Under the pieces are notes generated by a model, which saw only the letters and a list, made by a program, of their open reading frames with translations, did not search any database and was not told where the DNA came from. The position numbers and the translations under genes are program-made. Below are positions 23,511 through 47,236 of a stretch of 64,000 bases of DNA, piece after piece. Numbering within the stretch: position 1 is the first letter of the stretch; the number at the start of each line of letters is the position of its first letter. Source of the DNA: Oculina patagonica (Eukaryota); NCBI RefSeq assembly GCF_052425735.1, contig NC_135761.1:15500001-15564000 (forward strand), read 5' to 3'.

Positions 23511-24850
23511 TGACGCAGATACTCCTTGTCGGCCATCGTGAAAAAATATTTATACAGTAGGAAGCCAACGCCATCTGTAAAAAGACAAAAAAGGAAATAA
23601 TTATTTCCCTTTGCTGGGGGAAATTACGTTGATTTGGAAGCCTCAGTTTATAAAGGTGCATATAATGCAGTCATAGTTGCATGACCATAGTTTACTTCAA
23701 GTTAATTGACTACGCACGCCGAAACTGTTGCATAGTCTTTGATTCTTGTTTCTTTTGGTATCATTTTTGTTGCCGGGTTTTCTCATGGCTTAGCCAATCA
23801 AAAGTCGAGCTAATTGCTCCCGATGTGCTTAGTTTCTTTCTCTACAGAAAACAGTTACAACCACAAAGGTGATTATTTTTAGTTACTGACATCTTGTGAC
23901 TTTTATTGTAAATATTTCGAGTTATTTAAAATAACTGCTGTTAGCACTTGTAAAAAATTTGTAAAAAAGTGTGAGAAAAGTGACAAGGTTTTGTTTATAA
24001 TAAAATTTACTGAAATGTTACAGAAAGAGTGGAAAATAATTGTACTAAATAAATGATAATGTGTGGTAAATGTTATGGACAGGCCGAAATCGCAAAATCG
24101 GGGCGGAAAGTAGAGTTGCTGAAATCAGAAAAATACGGCAGAGGGTCAAAGAACAGCAAAAGATCTCTTTCATCCCTGGAGTTGTGTACCCAATGTTGAA
24201 ATTTGTGTGGGTCAGCCGGGATACATACGCTATAAAGGGATTTCTTCCCCAAAGGGTCTTAATTTTGATCTGGTCTGAAAATGAGTAACAGATTTTTACG
24301 TAGTTTATTCGCAGAACTACCAATTTTAGATTGGTTTTAATACCAAAAAAATTCCTACCTAAATCTTTTTTTAAGACACCCAAAAAAATACTTGCCATAT
24401 TTTCCTATCCAAAAAAATTCCGGAACCGAAAATTTCAAACCCAAAAAAATCCTTCGATCATCCCCGAACATATGGGGATAAAACATCATACTTTCAATTG
24501 TTCCATATTGCATTCTGCACTTACCAAATCATCGAGATTTTTTCTTTTAGAAGCGGAGTTTGGAGGCAAGCTTCTATAGGCTATATCTGACATTTTGCAT
24601 TCATTTGGTCAAGGAAATTATATTTTTACCAGTTAAATGTAGGGAAAAGTTAGAGAGTTTTTAAAACCGATGTCTGTGGCAGCCATGAACGGGCTTTTAG
24701 GTGAAAAGACCGGTGGTGACCCCCGGGGGTCTGGGGGGGGCTTTTCCCCCACCCGACCCCGTGTTTGTCCCAGGTATGAGTCGTTAGATCTTACATGAAG
24801 TACTAATTGTTTTTACCCATAGTACACTGCGCACTAGAAACGCAGGTCTT

Positions 24851-24860
24851 CCGCCATCTT
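24851..24860. promoter_or_regulatory. YY1-type motif upstream of the COX4 start
   Basis: CCGCCATCTT matches the YY1 consensus CCGCCATNTT, ~35 nt before the ATG. Confidence 0.4.
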
Positions 24861-24891
24861 GTTGGATTTTCGGCTTTCTACGGTTTTCATC

Positions 24892-27617
24892 ATGGCGAGT
24901 TTACTGAGAATGGGTGCTCTACCACGACTTTACTCCAGGATTGCTTGTAGGCAAATCCAGACGTCGGCTACACGTAAATTTAATCCAGTTCCAACGGTCA
25001 GACCAGAGTACGGGTCTGAATTAGCAGCGCTGCAAGCCAAGGAGAAGGGTCCATGGACGGAGCTTACAAAGCAGGAAAAAATAGATTGTAAGTTTTCCAA
25101 TATGAACTTGCATTATAGCGTATTGCCTACTTATTCAAATTTTGTTTAACGGACAAGCTATCGAGTTATTTTGACGTTTTTAGTACCAATAAAATAATAC
25201 AAAACTGTCTTTTATAACCGTACATGTACGTATTGGCATATTGGTTCACTCTCTGTTAGTTGTAAAATACAAGAATTGCTTAATCCTTTCTTCTCCAATA
25301 TAACTGTGATCAGTTTAAAACTTTTTTTTGCATTGTCTCAACAAATGTTAATTTGGATGTTAAATAGAATTTAGTTAAATTAACTTACTGGGATTAAAAT
25401 TACTGCAGTGCTCCTGGCTTTATAATAGAACAGACACCTTTGTCGAATACTTCCTGAGTTGCTGAAACGACTTATTGACCTCCATAAACAAACCAAACAA
25501 AACAGTTTGACAGCAATTGAAGTGAAACTTCTCTAACAGAATCAATCAAAACTGAACAATCAAAGCAACAACTAGAGACAAACTTAATTTTGAAAATGGC
25601 TACAATGTACAAATCAAATTGTTCAAGTATCCATTCCTTTTATATGCTGCCCGATTTGGGATGAGTTTTTTTGGTTTTGCTTCTTTTAGACACGGGTGTT
25701 ACAATGTTACACAAACTAAAACTTGAATAAATACTTTAATGTTTTTGTTTTAGCGGGATAAATACCATGAGAAAATAAAAAGTGAACTACTCATTGTTCA
25801 TATAATATTATCCCGGGGAAATTATCTAGCGTGACCAAGTGGATATGGCTCTAAACAAACTTTTCGCAAATAGGGTCAATTCCAGTCTGCCATTGTTGGC
25901 AGTAAATTATATTCCTGATGTTGAGAACTCTTGAGATCAAATTGCAGGGCATTTTATTCCAACATACTAAAATACCTTTAGCAAGCCCAAGTTTCCAACA
26001 TTTAAGGCATTGGTAATTTTTTTTTTTTTGTGTGTGTGTGGGGGGAGGATGTTGGATTCCTGTTAATAAACTGTAATTTTTGATGTAGTTGCCTTCCTGA
26101 CAAGATGGCAGCCATTCTGTGACAAGGTATATTAACTTGTGTGCAATTGTTCTCTCAAGTATATAGAGCTCAGTTTGGAAAAACCATAGCAGAAGAAAAA
26201 GTGCAAGAGCCATATCTGAAGAAGATGATTGGAATGCTTTCTTTGATGTTGGCCTTATCTGTTGGTCTGTTTTCATTTCTCAGGAAGTATGGTAAGTGCA
26301 CTGGTTTTCCACTAATTTTCAGTCACTGAAAATTATTTACTGGTAGTCATAACAGAAGTGTATAGGAAAGGACATTCCAACTACCGTAAAATCTACAGTA
26401 TATCTTGCAACAATAATTGTAATTGGACATTAATTGCCATTTTGTTTGTATTTTTTCTTTGCGTCATTTTCATATCTAGCCATTTTATCTTGAAGTTAGG
26501 CAAAAATTGCAAGGTGCCAAGGTCAGGGCTGCAAATAATTTTTTTCACTTGAAAGGACATGTCCTACTAAGACACCATTTTGGTCGGACAAAATAAAATT
26601 GTGGTCGGACATCACCAAAAACAAAAGGCCACTTACAAGTTATCACTTATGATTTATGATCAAAAATTATCTGGACATCATGTCCGACCGCAATTCGGAT
26701 TTCGTCGGCCATGAGCAAATTTTGGTCGGCCAATGTCCAATGACCAACTGTTATTTGCAGCCTTGCAAGGTGCCTTAAAGTTATGTCTTGTAACTCTTGG
26801 GTTTGAGTACATTTAGTATCTTTCCGCACTTGAGAAACAATGCCCAAGGTTCAACCCCCAAAAAATCCCTACTGATGATATAGTACTAAAGAGCTCTGTC
26901 AAGTGGGTTCAATTTTCATGCACAGGACACAACCAGTCAGTAAACTACATGGATCTCTGGGGCATCCTATACCACTACAAAAAAATTTTGATTCCTATTT
27001 CTCAAATACTAAAAAGTTCAAAGACAGCTCAAGTGTAATTCAGACATTTCCTTTTTAAATTACAGTGAATTTAAGTGCATAATAGCATGTCTTTTCTTCA
27101 ATAATTAACTACTGCAGTCGGATTTAGGTACAAAATAGGGAAAAAGGGAGCAATGCTGATAGATAACAGAGTCCTTCCCTTATGTTTACACTGGCTCTCA
27201 GTGTTGCTTGCATACCAGCTATCTTTCTACATCCCTCCTTCGACATTGTTTTTCGATGTGCTGTTTAAAATGAGCCAATCAAAACCTGATGCATACCATT
27301 GTTTCATGCAAATGAGCCCACAAGTTCAGAAAGTCATGCTAGTGGGCTGTGATTGGTGGATTTCGATCCATCTTGTTTGTTTAGCATGTCAAAAGATAGA
27401 AGCCGAAGATAGCAATTAGGCACGTAACACTGAAAGCGGGTGTAAAGTAACTTTTTCTGGTAGTAACTGATAGTCCTTAAAACACGATATTTTCTTTATT
27501 TTTTTAGTTGGTCCAGAGAAGCCCCGAACGCTCACAGCTGAGTGGCAAGCAGATGCAGACAAGTTGGCAAAGCAACGCAGGGCAAACCCCATCAGTGGAA
27601 TAAGCTCCAAGGCCTAA
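24892..27617 (+). CDS. COX4: Cytochrome c oxidase subunit 4, 3 exons, 145 aa
   Basis: Exons 24892-25087, 26160-26291, 27508-27617. Mitochondrial presequence, LQAKEKGPWTELTKQEKIDLYRAQF, one TM helix, PRTLTAEWQ..ANPISGISS. AATAAA signals at ~27732 and ~27745. Confidence 0.95.
26524..26765. mobile_element. hAT-like MITE
   Basis: CAGGGCTGCAAATAA ... TTATTTGCAGCCTTG with GTCGGAC subterminal repeats. CAAGGT flanks both sides. Confidence 0.7.
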
Positions 27618-28924
27618 GTGAACATAAAAATTGTTGTTTCATGTTAAAACTTGTTGTAAGCCTGCTTTAGGTGTGGTAATTTTACAAATTTCGGAATATT
27701 TTTTTGTTCTACTATGTGCTAATTGTGTGTAAATAAAGAAAAGTAATAAATCACTGGTCTGGCTTTTAATTATGATTTGTCTGTCATTTTCTTAATTTTG
27801 GTACTTTTCAACAGTTAGAGATATCAGTTAATTATTTAATAGGTACAGTGTAGATAAACCCTGCCTTGTCCACAAACGTCCTCCTCCTTGGTCTTGCATA
27901 GTTCGCTTGTCGTTGTGGGACTGACGCTCACAGTACACTTGGCACTGTGGGCCATTTGCAGACAGGAAAACAACCTGCAACCTAATCATCAAGCCCCACA
28001 CTCCCTGTTTTCCCGCCTTAGCAATCCGGCTGATTTTCGCCTGGGGACGAAGCAGAGATAAACCTATGTAATGAAGTCAGTTTTTGCTATAATAGTATCA
28101 CAATCAGTTCATAGATTGATTTATTCAGCCCTTGCTCCCAGGGTCTCTCTTGAGGGGCATGTAATAAAACCAGGAACACCACAACAACCCTCTTCCAAAA
28201 GCTCACCCTAACCACCAAAAACAGTAACTGCTAACCAAACCCCAAATCTCTAACTTCCAACCCTAATCCTAACTGTAAACTTACCTTGTTGGGGTGTTCG
28301 GGTCCTGGTTTTCGAAGATCCTCCCTTGAGGGGGCAGAAGGAGGCCCACTTGTCCCCAGTTGTCTCTCTTGTCTTTCAGAGGGACATGCGCATGTGGGGG
28401 AGGGGAGCACAGGGAGTAATGAGTTTTTCCTTACTTTGCCCTAGAAATTATAATTTTGACTTGTTTGTTTGGTTGGTTGTTTTTTATCCACTGTAGTGAA
28501 CCCCCCATCTCCCCCACCCCACCCCATGTGATCACAATGGATACAAGAAAAATCTTATTCTTTGCCAGCTTGCTTTGGTTTCGGCATAAGATATGAGGTT
28601 TAGGAGGAGTGTTTGTATTGAGTTTGGAGTCACAAGCCACTCAAAAAGTCCCAATAAATTAAATTTATTCTATAAACTCTGGAACAAGGTGAAAAATGAC
28701 AGTCACTAAACTCCCATGTTGTTCCAACAGGAATTTTAACAAACTTGCACAACTTTTAGGTGCAACTCTTATTCGTATTTTCTTTCTTAGTTTAGTTGTG
28801 ACACAGAATCACAGTTGTAACGGGACTGTTTATAACTTTGATTGACAGCCAAATATTTACAGAATGATACCAATGCCCCTTGGGCCTCAATAAATCCTAT
28901 ATTGTACTGTAAACAGAGTGTTTA

Positions 28925-39188
<10,264 letters not shown>

Positions 39189-42100
39189 ATGGACCCATTT
39201 CGCGTGAAATTGTTGTCTCTCTCTAACGAGATCACTGATCGAGAACTCGTGGAATTGAAGTTTATTTGCAAGCAGCACATCCCTGTTGGAGTACTGGAGA
39301 AAATTAAGAGGCCGCTTGAGTTGTTTGATGAACTTGAAAACAGAAATTTGTTAACTTCGGATAACAAGGAATTTCTGGCAGCCATTTTAGGTGGAATAAA
39401 TCGTTTGGAACTGAGGAATGACTTACTAGGTAAGAGTTTATATAACAATGCTCGTCTTCACGATATTAATAAAAATATGATGTTTGTTATGTTGACAAAT
39501 TTGTGCAATACGTGAAGTGCCCAATAATGAAGGCTATGCTCTGTTAAACATTAACATCCTAAAGCGCTATCACTGCTTTGCAGGTCACCTTACGCGATTT
39601 TGCTTTAGTCCCATTCTTGACCCCAGATTTCTGGCAGAGAAAAGAACTCTGGGAAAAACTGTGACAGTCTGCTCTAATAATAATCAATATCAATTATTGA
39701 TCATGAGGGGGTGATAGCCTGGGTGCCAGGGGCTTGTCGAGCCCAGTTTCTGGTTTTCAATTTCGGTCAAGTCTTTGCGAAAGTTTTTCACTACGTCTGA
39801 AGTTTTCCTCTGGTAGCCTGGGTAAGGGGTTGAATATCGGGGGACAAATCTGCCAATCCATGCTATTTTTGGCCCAATCTATTGATCTGCCACTATTTTC
39901 ATTGAAATCCAAACTTTCTGTAGATTGATTGGTCAATTGGTTATGTGCAAATAGCTGAACCCTGGCAGTTGGCACAAAGAGAAAAAAATCAATCAATCAA
40001 TTAATAATTGCATCATTAAATAATAAAGAATAATGTTTGTTTGCAGGCCAAGCTAGAGAGGATCATTCATCTCCATTGAATGTAATCCAGGAAACTCTAT
40101 TTGACCTTTACAAGGATGTGATTGGATGGCTTCAGCCCCTTGCATGGAATAAATCATTTCACATTCACATCAAACATATTTACACCAACCTTCAGATGAT
40201 CACACGAACACAGCATGGGAGAAGAACAAAAAGAGAACCCTTGGAGTCTTACTTTGAGATCTTCCAACCTCGCTCACCTTCCTCCAAGCAGAGGCGCATT
40301 CTTATTGAGGGACAAGCAGGTGTCGGCAAGAGCACATTTGCATCACTTATGGTGTATGACTGGGCATGTGGAAATACCAACTTACAACATTTCAAGCTTG
40401 TTCTTTTCATGGAACTCAAGCAGATGAAAGGGAACTTGAAGAGTGACATCTTTGAGCTACTCTTTCCAAAGGATTTTTATTATTCTGCTGACTTTCTCTT
40501 CCAGTACATCGTCGCAAATCAAGAAAATGTCCTTTTCATTCTTGATGGCTATGATGAAGTAAATCCTTCACAACTAAAAGATGCAGAAGATCTCATCATG
40601 GGGAAGATATGCAGGAATGCCACTGTCGTTGTGACATCGAGACCTGGTAAAGGGTCGAGGGTTCATTGGTTCATGGATTCTCGCATCGAGATAACTGGTT
40701 TCACTAATGAGAACATCCATGAGTTTGTTCTCAAGTACTTTCAAGATGATGTGTCTATGGCAGAGAGCTTGATAACGCAACTTGAAATGCACCCTGTTGC
40801 CGAGAACATTGCTAGAATTCCACTTACTGCAATGCTTATTTGTGCGATGTGGGAAGAAATGCCCCAAGCATCTGTACTTTCGTCAATGACCTATCTTTTC
40901 ATTGAGCTCACTCTCTTGCTTGTGAAGAGATACTATGCAAGACAACCAGACGAGAACAGCTTTGTTCCTGAAAACATCTCCTCATTGGAAGATATTCCAG
41001 ATGATCTCTTCCAAAGCCTGCTATCTCTGGGAGAGATTTCACTGAATGGATTGCTGAATGATCAGCTACTTTTTGATCTGTGCGAGCTTGAGAAGAAATG
41101 CACCAACAAAGGTGCGTTAGATGTTGGCTTTCTGTCAAAGGAGTTGGGTGCATCCAGGCTTAAACCAGTTCAGAAGTGCCGCTTCTCACACAGATCGTAC
41201 CAAGAATTTCTGGCAGCACTTTGGTTGAGCCACAAAATCAAGCAGGCCTTCAGTGACAGATCGGTCTTTGATCATGTCAGTGTTTACATCATGAACTGCC
41301 TGTCATCGGGATTGAACTCTGTCCTCTTTCTGTTTACTCCAGGGTTATTAGGAGATTCCTTTCAACCCTTTCTTGAGCTGCTGCTGCAGGAAGGTGCCGC
41401 AGAAGTTGAAGAGGATGAGAGCTTGAGGCAGTCATTCTTCGAAGTTTGTTTTCTCTCCTTGTATGAATCAAATCAGGGACACTTGGCTTACAAGCTTGGG
41501 TCCCAAATGCCTCCTGGTGTGGTCACGCTGCACCATTTTAATGCCGCGCCTTACAGGCTGAGAGCTCTGGTGTACTTTCTGTTGAACAACCCTTCGGTGA
41601 CGTCCTTGGTGATAGAGCACAGTCAAGTAGGCAAGCAAGCTCTTCAAGTACTGGCGAGATTTCTTCCTGAAATGATCTCCATCCAAGGCGTACACCTGCA
41701 GTCAAACATGATTACAGATGAAAGTTTTTCTGCTTTTGCAAAATCACTTTCTTCTGTGCCACATTTGGAAAAACTAGTGCTTGCAGACAACCTCATGACT
41801 GAGCATGGACTGGGGTTCCTTATCTCAGCCTTTAAAGATCTCCCGAATCTGCGACAACTGGATATCCAGGGAAACAAGATTTCGGGAGCTGGTTTTGGAA
41901 CCTTAGCTCCAGCACTGTCACACCTGCCAAAGCTGGAAGAGCTGTGGCTTGGTAGTCCTGTGGTATCTGGGAAAGAAGAAGGTCAAGCAGGTACATATAC
42001 TTTATAGCTGAAATATATCATGTGTACTATAGGTTTGCAAGCCTCTCAATCAAGGCCTTGCACCTACTGCCAATCTTAAAATTATAAGTTTAGTGAGCAA

Positions 42101-43317
42101 ATGGGTTTTTCTTTCTTTTTTATCCATTTTTTTTTGCAAAACTCTTTCAGTCATGGTCTCAAATTATGGGACAGTTTCTTCTTGATCAAATGCTTCATGA
42201 TGCTTAATTACAAGCTGAGAGGTTGTGAGAATGGAGGAATAATAGGGGCAGATCCAGGGGGAAGGTGCAGGGGGTGCACACCCCCTTCCCCAGAGATCAC
42301 CTGCGGCTTAATTCTAATCCACCGGTATTCTGCAAAAAAAGTCACCTGCACCATTCCTTAGTAGTGCACCGCCTCCTAAGAAATCTACAGCTGGGTGACA
42401 GGGTACCTTGCGGCAGTGGGCCAAGGGGCACTTCAGATCCCCAAGATTAAAAAGGCTTTATATTTACCTCTGCTTGTTTACTACTTTTTAAGGTGGAGAA
42501 AGTCATTCACCCAAGGATGGAAATGTCTCCATTGCACTGTCCGAGACTGCATTCAATCTGTTAATGGAAGCAGCCAATTCACATGACACTCTTAAAACAA
42601 TCAAGTAAGTATAGTTGTTAGTGCTCTCTAAATAGGATTCTTGTTACCCCACAGAACCTCCTCCTGATTTGAAACAGGTAAGGGAAGAGTTAAGTGTCTT
42701 TTCCAAGAATACAACACAATGATCCTGGTCAGAACTTGAAACCTGAGCTCTCAGCAGTAAACACAGATTTTTAGGTTCTAGAAAATCGAAAAAGCATGTG
42801 AAAAGTATCAATCAAAGAGGTTTGTTTACCTGTGTACTTCAAAAAGTCAAGTAATTAGCAAGGCCTTCAATGAGTACAATCCAAGAGGGTTGTGTATTGG
42901 AAGACTGTCCACAGCCTCTCGATTTTTCAACGCAAAAAAGCAGACGAAGTTAGCCACAGCCTAGAGCTCGATTTTTCAACGCAAAAAAGCAGAGGAGTTA
43001 GAGCGAAGCGCGAGCGTGCGGGGGAGGGGGGCGGGAAGCGAGCGAAAGATGTCTACAGCCCCTCTATTTTTTTCACTCCCCGCCCCCCACCCTCTTGCTT
43101 CTTCCGTTTTGCGCTGGCGTCCAGTTCTCTCGCCGTTCTCACCGCGCGCTCATCGATCGAAAAGCACGAAAAAATAGAGGGCTGTGGACAGTCTAGTGTA
43201 TTGGCAAACCATGTAAAAATTGTTATACTGTATGTCAATTTTTCCCTTAGCCTCAGTCCATATGCAGTTCCTGTGGGTCAAGATCCAGCCAAGTTTGACA
43301 AGCTTAAAGTGTCATGA
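39189..43317 (+). CDS. NLR immune receptor with DED-NACHT-LRR architecture, 4 exons, 787 aa
   Basis: Exons 39189-39429 (FADD-like DED: MDPFRVKLLSLS..ELVELKFIC..LELFDELE), 40047-41990 (Walker A GQAGVGKS, Walker B LFILDGYDE, VVVTSR, winged helix FSHRSYQEFLAA, ~5 RI-like LRRs), 42493-42604 and 43251-43317 sum to 2364 nt in frame. Confidence 0.9.
42901..43195. mobile_element. MITE with 9-bp TSD (Academ-like termini)
   Basis: GTGTATTGG|AAGACTGTCCACAGCC ... GGCTGTGGACAGTCTA|GTGTATTGG, with a short internal duplication. Confidence 0.8.
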
Positions 43318-44043
43318 AATCAGTGTGCTCAAGAAATCATCTGTACACACAGTTCCTCTTTGTATCAGATATGAAGAATGAATTCCTGTAAGCCTGTGGT
43401 TGATTTGGTCTGGCAGAGTGGAGCTGCGTGGCTACAGAGAAGGAGGTGAACTGTGCGGTGTTCACGTGGCATAAATCTGAAGCAAGGAAGTTTGATGATA
43501 GCAATAATTTATTATTTCCTTATTTTAAACTTCCTTGATGAAATTTTTGGCAGTGGGACGGAGTCATAGAGGCACAGTGCACAATTCGCGATGAATTATC
43601 CTTCCCTTCTCGTCAACGTTGTTCCACTCCAAAGGAGGGGAATAGATATTTATTAAAATTATTTTTTTACGTACTTTCAATATTGCAACTAAAAAACATG
43701 GAAAAACTTGTCTAAACAGTCAAAGAACAAATAGACAAATGTTGATGAGCTATATATTATCGTTTTACATTGGTTATCAATCTTGGATACAGAGCCCGCT
43801 TTTCAATTGGTCAGTACATACCAAGAACGCAGACTCTTGCCAAGTCCGATTTTGCATCCACATTTTCGATTGTTAGCCAATCAGAGGAGTCTGTTGATGC
43901 AGACTTGGCCAGAGTCCACCTTCTTGATGCTATAGATCCAAAAGAAAAGCGAAGCCAAACATTCTCTGGGCCGAGAATGATTGTCTAAATATATACACGA
44001 GCAACATTTCCCATACAAATGTATTTTGGTCCCCGTCGAGAAT

Positions 44044-45113
44044 AGAGCGTTTTTACTGGACGTCATCAAAATTCTTAAGTCAAAACTATCGAACCTACAA
44101 AGCTGTTCTTTAATATGTTCTGCACATCAGTGTCACTAATTACTGGAGAAATTTTTGGGCCAGAAGAGTACTTTGTTTTGGAGATAAAGCGTTTTGAAAT
44201 ACAGTCAACTCTCTGTAAGACGGACACCGTCGGGACCGGCTCCAACTGTCCGTCTTAGAGAGGTGTCCGCCTTATAGAGAGTCGAGGTAACGTGACACCA
44301 GAAGTTTTGAGATAATAAAGCTAAATGGCTATGCACAACAAATACACATCTAATTTTAAGTCGCTTACTTTAGCAAAACCTATAAAGTGAAACAAAAATA
44401 ATATCAGAAATTCAACTCGTTTGTTCCTTACAAACGGTAATACTGTAAGTAGAAAACTACCTCATTGGTGCCCATACACTTACGCAGAGAAGTAACACGT
44501 TATAGCGGATTGTTTTTGATAAGTTTGGTATTCTTAAGGCTATATGTCGATACCATGTTTTGAAGTATTATTCACTAAGAAAATAACTTTTTGTGCGTGT
44601 CCGTTGGCGGTTTCAAAGTCTCCGTTGTCCGTCTTAGAGAGGTGTCCGTCTTGCAGAGAGTTTTGTTACAGTGAAATGACTGAAAAACGGCAGGGACCAG
44701 CACCAGGTGTCCGTCTTATGGAGGTGTCCGTCTTATAGAGGTGTCCGTTAACAGAGAGTTGACTGTATGAGGCAGCCTAACTCAATGCTTTTCAGATATG
44801 CTTATAAATTAAAAATGATAACCAAAGCATTCCGGAGTGCAACGCATGACTTTGGTAGCAAAATCTTTTTTTCCTTCTTGCAGACAGTTTTGGCCGCCCT
44901 ATTGGTGTGCCAAAGTGGAACTCCAATGTGGCGGACTCATACAACGTTATGTAATTTTCCGAATTTTGTTTTTCCAATAACTTGGCTGCAATGAGCACTG
45001 CCAAGTTAACATTTGGGGTATATATTACTTTTCCACCTTCTTCGCAATCTCTGAGTTTGTTGATGTTTTTTGATGCAAGCAAAACGATCTTGTTATCTTG
45101 GTGAAAACGCTCT
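44044..45113. mobile_element. Probable MITE (AGAGCGTTTT termini) hosting the Tigger-like insertion
   Basis: AGAGCGTTTTTAC ... GTGAAAACGCTCT. TSD not clean. Confidence 0.45.
44202..44765. mobile_element. Tigger/pogo-like MITE
   Basis: TA|CAGTCAACTCTCTGTAAGACGGACACC ... GGTGTCCGTTAACAGAGAGTTGACTG|TA with GTGTCCGTCTTA repeats. Confidence 0.9.
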
Positions 45114-47236
45114 TGACACTATACGTGGATCTCACAGCGTTTCTTTCTATCTGTTTATCTTCTTTCTTAGAAATTTGCCTTATAGGTTTCTTGTACCATA
45201 AGATAATTTTACTAGGATTTAGGATATTTTGTATTTAATGGTCAAAAAAAAAATCAGAAAATGTTCATAGTCGCTAAAATTAATTGTAAATATCGGTACC
45301 TTATAATAGTATTGGATAAAATAACTAACTGAAAGCTGTCAGCATGTGATCTCAGTGTTTTGTGGTGATAAGGGCAGTCGCTTGGCTTTAACACAAAAGT
45401 AAACATTCTGCAAACGATGAGCGCGATTCTAGACGGTATTTGTCCCTTCTACAAGTCGTTCTTTACGAATTTTTTATTATTATTTTTTTCAATTGTTTAT
45501 TATGACATGGCACTTCATTAGCTGTCCCTGTCACTTATGTTGCCATTCATACATATTCTGTCTAGAAATTCAATTCTATTTCGTGAATGTGTGATCATAC
45601 AACACATGAAAACGTTTGAAAACTGGTGGATGAAATATTTCTCAGATTTGGCTGCATCACGCGACATGGTTAGACCAATTGCGATGATAACGATCTTTAC
45701 AATCTGTAAACTCTAAAAATCTACTCGACCTCTTTCTTTCGTAAATGGTTTTACCGGATATTTTCCTCGCCTAGATTTTGGAAGACACATGACCAGCCAA
45801 ATTTCTTCTTCGGGTCTTTTCCGCGACGAGCGGAGAAGACCCTGGGAACGAAGTTTTTGCGAAGGAGAAAGCCGCATTGAAAACGAGGTCGATGAGTGTG
45901 TCTAGTCAAAACTGTTGCTAGGTTACGTTGGGATAACGAGAACTTCCCCCACTTTTTTATCCGTCTATTTTTGTTGTTATAATCGAAATTGTGCAATAAG
46001 GGATGGTTGTTATTAACTTTTCACAAGTCTGTCTTCGACTCTAATACCCGATTCACACCAGCAAAACATGATCAGTTAAGTTTAAGTTTAACAAAAGGAA
46101 AATCAGCAACAGAAAATTGAAAGACTGAATTTTACTTAAAAGGTTCAAAGAAGCTCTAACTCGTGTTTGCATTTTGCTTAATTTGATGTTGACAAACATC
46201 AGTTAGCAATTTCTCTGAAGAAAACAATTTTAAACCGTGTTTAACAAAACAGCTTTCAAACTTCTTTTAGCTTTGGTGATAAATGGGAGTATAAGTCAAG
46301 TCTCGTGCGACCAAATCGCTAATTGCGGAGTTTCAGAGAGATTTTGGTTATTCCTTGGACGGCAATTAATTAAGTTGCCTGCTAAACCCTTTTGAAGTCG
46401 ACAATGAACACTTCACTCGCAGACAACGGAGCTCCAATTTGCTTGGAAAATGCAAATGTTCGCGTCCGCTTTCTTGCAGTAATACAATATCACTTACGTT
46501 TTGGAAAACTGACGAAAATTGGCAGATACATCTGCCAACCGTTTGTTAATCAGTTTTCGTGTTTTTTGTGATAGGTCGTGATAAAAAAGATGTACAATAT
46601 TGTCGGGCGAAAACAATATGAATGGTCTGTTAGAGAGCGACTAAACCGCTCAGTGTAAAGTTTACTCTTCCTGTGACGGAGAGCAGCTGCTAGATTTTAA
46701 ATTTCGCGAACTAATTTAAATTTTCCTCATCAGTGGACATCAAATGATTCATGTTTATTCTGTAGCTGTCAAAATGTCAGGTATTTGTCAAAACTTGGCA
46801 TACATGACTACCAAAGAGCACGGCAAAAAGTCAAAATTACCTTGCTCAATGCGTCCCTTTTTATCGGAACGCGCCAAGCATTCAATTCAAATATAAATAT
46901 CTTTCATATCTTGAATCTCTCTTGATCTGCTGTAACAAGCTTTAAAAAGTCGCGTGTACGTTATTTACCCGTTGTCACGAAGGGGTTGTCATACTGAAAT
47001 AGGCAACTCTTCAATTTACTTATTTCAGCGAATAATAAAGCTGAATTTAAATATCCGTTTCATCCTGAGACTTATGAAATATTTACAAGAACCACACTTA
47101 TATAAATTGATTGAAATATGCCCCCATGATTTATAGCAACCGCGAGATCAGAATACATCATATTGCTACCGCTAGCATGTAGCCGCTTGTAGGCATCTAG
47201 GGAGAACCTATTCGTTCTCGGATTCGAGCGTTAAAG

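Noticed and set aside
28200-28285. Interstitial telomeric repeat
   Set aside because: Only a few degenerate CCCTAA-like units, within what looks like a small TIR element.
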